The notes under the pieces were generated by a model. That model did no database searches. It was not told the origin of the DNA and saw only the letters and a program-made list of their open reading frames with translations. A stretch of 44,067 bases of DNA, taken from positions 1-44,067 of the forward strand of contig DATAQD010000199.1 of the NCBI GenBank assembly GCA_036264855.1. Direction: 5' to 3'. A program made the translations under genes and the position numbers. Origin of the DNA: Jatrophihabitans sp. GTDB lineage: Bacteria; Actinomycetota; Actinomycetes; Mycobacteriales; Jatrophihabitantaceae. Shown piece after piece: positions 38,144-44,067 of this stretch; position 1 is the stretch's first letter; each line of letters opens with the position of its first letter.

Positions 38144-39403
38144 TCAGCGCTCCGCCGCGGCTTGCAACCGGTCCGAGCGGTGACCCAGAGCGTGGATGAG
38201 GTCGATGCCCGCGGCTTCGTAGCGGTCCGGGTGCGGTGGGTAACCCTCGGCCCGCTCCAAACGCCCGCGGCGCGAGGTGAAGATCTCCGCCGTCTCGATC
38301 ACGTCAGTCTCGATCCGCCCGGTGACACCGACGATCTCGCGCACCCGCCGGGCTCCGGACGCCTCGATGCCGAGGTGCACCACGAGGTCGACGCTGGCCG
38401 CGACCGTGGGGACGACAAAGGCCGCCGAGACGTTCTCGCCGGCGAGCAGCGGCAGCGTGCACATTTTCACGAGGGCCTCGCGAGCCGAGTTCGCGTGCAA
38501 GGTGCACATGCCGGGAATTCCGCTGTTGAGCGCGATCAGCAGGTCGAGGCATTCCGCCTGCCGCACCTCGCCGACGATCAACCGGGATGGGCGCATGCGC
38601 AGCGCTTCCCTCACCAGTCGACGCAGCGGGATCTCACCCGCCCCTTCCAGGTTCGGCTGCCGCGTCTGCATGGCGACGACGTCGGGCAATCGCACGGACA
38701 GCTCGAAAACCTCCTCGACCGTGACCACCCGCTCACGGGCCGGGATCGCGCCGCACAACGCGTTGAGCAGTGTCGTCTTGCCGGCCTGCGTCCCGCCGGC
38801 GAGCAGGATGTTGAGCCCGGCCGTCACCGACGCCTCGAGGAAGCCCGCGGCCTGCTGGGTCAGCGACCCCGCCGCCACCAGCTCGTCCACCGACCGCAGC
38901 CCGATCGCGAATTTGCGGACGTTAACTGCCATGTGCCGACGGGTGATATTCGGGATCACCACGTGCAGACGCGAGCCATCGGGCAGCATCGCGTCCACGA
39001 ACGGCGTCGACAGGTCGATGCGCCGACCGGTGGGACGGAGCATCCGCTCGACCAGCTCGGCGACCTGCTCGCCGGTGAGGATCAGCGTGGTCAGTTCGGA
39101 CCGGCCGTGCCGCGCGATGAACACCCGGCCCGGTTCATTGATCCAGATCTCCTCGATCGAGTCGTCATCAAGGAGCGGCTGCAGCGGTCCGAAGCCGGCG
39201 ACCGCATCCAGCACCGTGCGGGTGGCCGCGACAACATCCCCCACCGGCGGCATCGCCGCCGTGATCGCCCGGTCGCGGTAGTCGCCGACGACCTCGTCCA
39301 CGAGCCGGGCGACGACGGCCGGTTCGGCGATCGGATCGATGCCTCGCTCACGGACGAGTTCGCGGACCTCGTTCTCGAGAATCGCCTGCGCCGAAGATGC
39401 CAC
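38144..39403 (-). CDS. CpaF/TadA pilus assembly ATPase
   Basis: GGTQAGKTT, VEEVFEL, ALRMRPSRLIVGEVR, TLHANS. Confidence 0.93.
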   Translation of the reverse strand: MASSAQAILENEVRELVRERGIDPIAEPAVVARLVDEVVGDYRDRAITAAMPPVGDVVAATRTVLDAVAGFGPLQPLLDDDSIEEIWINEPGRVFIARHGRSELTTLILTGEQVAELVERMLRPTGRRIDLSTPFVDAMLPDGSRLHVVIPNITRRHMAVNVRKFAIGLRSVDELVAAGSLTQQAAGFLEASVTAGLNILLAGGTQAGKTTLLNALCGAIPARERVVTVEEVFELSVRLPDVVAMQTRQPNLEGAGEIPLRRLVREALRMRPSRLIVGEVRQAECLDLLIALNSGIPGMCTLHANSAREALVKMCTLPLLAGENVSAAFVVPTVAASVDLVVHLGIEASGARRVREIVGVTGRIETDVIETAEIFTSRRGRLERAEGYPPHPDRYEAAGIDLIHALGHRSDRLQAAAER

Positions 39404-39614
39404 CGCACACTCTCCGAGCCCATCCGATGACCAGGATGGACCGAGAGTAGGCGACAATCCCGGCATTCGGGAGCCCTCGGCGCATATCTGTGGACGACGT
39501 GGTGCGCGTCCACCCGCGCTCAAGCGGGCACCGGCCCGCTGCAGCTCGGATTGACGGCCGCCGGCGGCGATTCAGCTGGTTACCCCGCCGCGTCGGGCCC
39601 TCGGAGTCTGCCGC

Positions 39615-40292
39615 TCAGCCCGCCGGCGGATCGGCGTTGTCCTGGCCCTCGACCTCGCCGGCTTCGTCCTCGTCGTCGTCGCCGAGGAACCCGAGCCAGG
39701 TCTCGATCGGGAACGACTGCCCGCCCTGGATGACGTTGACGAGCACCAGCCCGTTGCCGGAGTGGAACTTCAGCTCCTCGGTGTCCTCCTCCGCGGTGAT
39801 GAAGTCGTTGCCGGTGACGTAGTCGGCGCCGACGAGTTCACTGACGTAGACGTTCTGCGGCGCGATCGCGCCCTGCAGCACCTGGTCGAGGTGGAACTCG
39901 AGGGTGACCTCCGGCGTGTTCGTGTAGAGCGCGGCCGAACCGGCGTTGGTGTGCGTGTAGAAACCGGCGCCCAGCCGCCCGCCTCCGAACGCGTTGGCCA
40001 CCTGCTGTACGCCACCGCGGGCGATGTTCATGGCGTGCGCCGCGGTGGTGACGTGGTAGACGACGGTGCCCGCGCCCACCTGCCACCGGGCCCACTGGGC
40101 CGGGTCGGTGACGTGCTCGTCGGCTGGGGCCGGTTCGACGAACGCCGCGGCCTCGGGCTGGGCGTAGGCCTCGGGCTGGGCGTAGGCCTCGGGCTGGGCG
40201 TCGGCCCCGCCTTCGGGCTGGGCGTACGCGTCGCCAACGGGCGGGGCGTACGGGTCGGCGCCGGCGGCGTACGGATCGGTCAACTGAGCCAC
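39615..40292 (-). CDS. Acidic protein with putative H-Y-E (PARP/Gig2-like) ADP-ribosyltransferase domain
   Basis: VYHVT...NI..GG...GRLGAGFYT....SAALY...DFI...EELKF; N-terminal YAQPEA repeats (18-bp units, 40149-40202); Asp/Glu-rich tail. ORF is likely real; function is inferred. Confidence 0.6.
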   Translation of the reverse strand: MAQLTDPYAAGADPYAPPVGDAYAQPEGGADAQPEAYAQPEAYAQPEAAAFVEPAPADEHVTDPAQWARWQVGAGTVVYHVTTAAHAMNIARGGVQQVANAFGGGRLGAGFYTHTNAGSAALYTNTPEVTLEFHLDQVLQGAIAPQNVYVSELVGADYVTGNDFITAEEDTEELKFHSGNGLVLVNVIQGGQSFPIETWLGFLGDDDEDEAGEVEGQDNADPPAG

Positions 40293-40444
40293 ATCCCCGA
40301 ATAGCGGGCGAGAGATTGAACCTGGACGCTAGCCCCGAATGCGGCAGATGTCGATCATCGAGCGCCCGTGGGTTGGGAGCGGCGGCTTCCTGGGTAGGTT
40401 CGAGCCACGGACCTGCCCGAGTTCGCGACGACCTGATGGAGATC

Positions 40445-41994
<1,550 letters not shown>

Positions 41995-41998
<4 letters not shown>

Positions 41999-42867
41999 CC
42001 CCCTCTCGACCGCACGGCATGCACGGCCGCACCGATGAGCGCGGCGGCGTCCGAATTGACGGCCAACCGGATCTGCGGCAGGCCCGTCCCCTCGGCTCCG
42101 GCCCGGAACGCGGGCTCGAACAGGTCCCACGACGCGGACATCGAGCCGCCGATCACCAGCACGTCGGCGCGGAAGCCGGACAGGCACGAACCCAACACCC
42201 GGCCCAGCGTCACGAACGCCTGGCCCAGGACGTGGCCCGCGGTGCGATCTCCGGCGCGGGCCAGCTCGGCGATCTCCCGGACGTCGGCGTCCCGATCGCC
42301 GCCAGCGGCCGCGAAGGCCCGCCGGATCGCCCGCCGCGACACGGTCTCCTCCAGCGGCTGCCCGCCCACCGACAACCGGTGGAGGCGGCCGCCCGGCGGG
42401 TCGCCGGGATCCGTCACGACGCCGCCGACGAGCCACCCGGACCCGACCCCGGTGCCGAGCGTGATGCCGACGCACCGGCGCGACCCCTTCGCCGCGCCGG
42501 CCGCCCATTCGCCGAGCACGAACGCGTCCGCGTCATTGAGAAAGGCAACCCGGCCCCGCAGCCGCGTCCGCAGGCCATCGCCCACGTCGACGCCGCGCAG
42601 TGCGGTGAACTTGCCGACGCCCTCGAACTGCCCGATGCCGCGCTGGTAGTCGAACGGGTCCGGCATGGCGACGCCCCACGTCGCCCCGGCCGGCGCGGAC
42701 AGCGACCGGCCGGCGCGCGCGAAGCGATCGAACAGGACCTCGGCGGACGCGTCGGCGTCGAGGGAGTACCGCGTCGTCGCACCCACCTGCCACGTGGACG
42801 GATCGATCACCGCGGCGCTGACATGCGTACCGCCGACCTCCAGGACCGGGACGAGGGCGTTGCTCAC
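41995..42867 (-). CDS. ROK family sugar kinase
   Basis: EVGGTH, LNDADAFVLGE, ITLGTGVGSG, AALIGAA. Confidence 0.88.
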
Positions 42868-42890
42868 CTGCTCGTTCTACCCGATGCCGT

Positions 42891-44066
42891 CTACTGGGCG
42901 AGCTTGTACTCCTTGAGCAGGCCGCGGCTGATGATCGTCTTCTGGATCTCGGACGTGCCCTCGCCGATGAGCAGGAACGGCGCCTCTCGCATGAGGCGTT
43001 CGATCTCGTATTCCTTGGAGTAGCCGTAGCCGCCGTGGATGCGGAACGAGTCCTGGGTGACCTCGGCGCAGTACTCCGAGGCGAGCAGCTTGGCCATCCC
43101 GGCTTCCACGTCGTTGCGCTCGCCGGCGTCCTTGAGCCGGGCGGCGTTGACCATCAGCAGATGCGCGGCCTCGACCTTGGTGGCCATCTCGGCCAGCTTG
43201 AACGCCACCGCCTGGTGCTCGGCGATCTGCTTGCCGAAGGTGCGGCGCTGCTGGGCGTAGGCGACGGCCAGCTCGAAGGCGCGGATCGAGATGCCGCAGG
43301 CCCGGGCCGCGACGTTCACGCGGCCGACCTCGACCCCGTCCATCATCTGGTAGAAACCGCGGCCGCGGGCGTCCGCGCCGCCGAGGACCGCATCGGCCGG
43401 GACGCGAACGCCGTCAAGCACCATCTCGGTGGTCTCGACGCCCTTGTACCCCATCTTCTCGATCTTGCCGGGAATCGTCAGCCCGGGCCGGGTCTCCCCG
43501 AAACCCGGCTCCTTCTCGATCAGGAACGTCGTCATGTTCTTGTACACCGACTCGGCGCCGAGGTCTTCCTTGACCAGCGTGGCGACGACCCCGGCCCGGG
43601 CACCGTTGGTCAGCCACATCTTCTGGCCGTTGAGCACGAACTCGTCGCCGTCGATCACCGCGCGGGACTTGATCGCCGCGACGTCCGAACCGCACTCGGG
43701 CTCGCTCATCGAGAACGCACCGCGCACCTCGCCGCTGGCCATCTTCGGCAGCAGCCGGGCCTTCTGCTCCTCGGTACCGTGCTGGGCCAGCATGTAGGCG
43801 ACGATGAAATGGGTGTTGATCACGCCCGAGATCGACATCCAGCCGCGCGCGATCTGCTCGACCACGAGCGCGTAGGTCAGTAGCGACTCACCCAGGCCGC
43901 CGTACTGCTCGTCGATCATGAGACCGAACAGGCCCATGTCCTTCATGCCCTCGACGATCGCCTCCGGGAACTCGTCCTTGTGCTCGAGTTCGGTGGCGTA
44001 GGGCAGGATCTCCTTGTCCACAAAGGTCTTCACCGCGGACAAGATCTCGGTCTGGACGTCGGTCAA
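42891..44066 (-). CDS. Acyl-CoA dehydrogenase (5' end probably outside the window)
   Basis: FSMSEPECGSD, NGQKMWLTNG, IHGGYGYSKEY, IGEGTSEIQ. Confidence 0.93.
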   Translation of the reverse strand: MTDVQTEILSAVKTFVDKEILPYATELEHKDEFPEAIVEGMKDMGLFGLMIDEQYGGLGESLLTYALVVEQIARGWMSISGVINTHFIVAYMLAQHGTEEQKARLLPKMASGEVRGAFSMSEPECGSDVAAIKSRAVIDGDEFVLNGQKMWLTNGARAGVVATLVKEDLGAESVYKNMTTFLIEKEPGFGETRPGLTIPGKIEKMGYKGVETTEMVLDGVRVPADAVLGGADARGRGFYQMMDGVEVGRVNVAARACGISIRAFELAVAYAQQRRTFGKQIAEHQAVAFKLAEMATKVEAAHLLMVNAARLKDAGERNDVEAGMAKLLASEYCAEVTQDSFRIHGGYGYSKEYEIERLMREAPFLLIGEGTSEIQKTIISRGLLKEYKLAQ

Positions 44067-44067
44067 T

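Overview
High-GC actinobacterial chromosomal DNA; gene content and order fit a Frankiales/Geodermatophilales/Jatrophihabitans-like organism (inference). Left to right: a ~1 kb integrase-less segment below tRNA-Ala(GGC) with two further tRNA 3' fragments; HU; a copper-acquisition operon (ZAS anti-sigma, CopCD, YcnI, PCuAC, SCO, MauE/DoxX-DsbA fusion) divergent from a SigC-like ECF sigma; AlkB; a ZIP transporter with an IdeR/DtxR-type box; a phosphoesterase; two large ATPase-containing regulators (LuxR-AAA and BTAD-AAA), each beside a small likely target gene and candidate operator; a repeat-bounded cassette-like patch at 19.1-20.0 kb; tmRNA, smpB, ftsXE, an ABC-2 exporter, prfB, xth and several enzymes; a minimal Tad/Flp locus; an orphan acidic protein with a PARP/Gig2-like H-Y-E ADP-ribosyltransferase signature; a Ser/Thr kinase, a ROK protein and an acyl-CoA dehydrogenase. 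No integrase, transposase or CRISPR array was seen. All calls come from motif recognition by eye; no database searches were run, and several start codons were moved from the ORF track.
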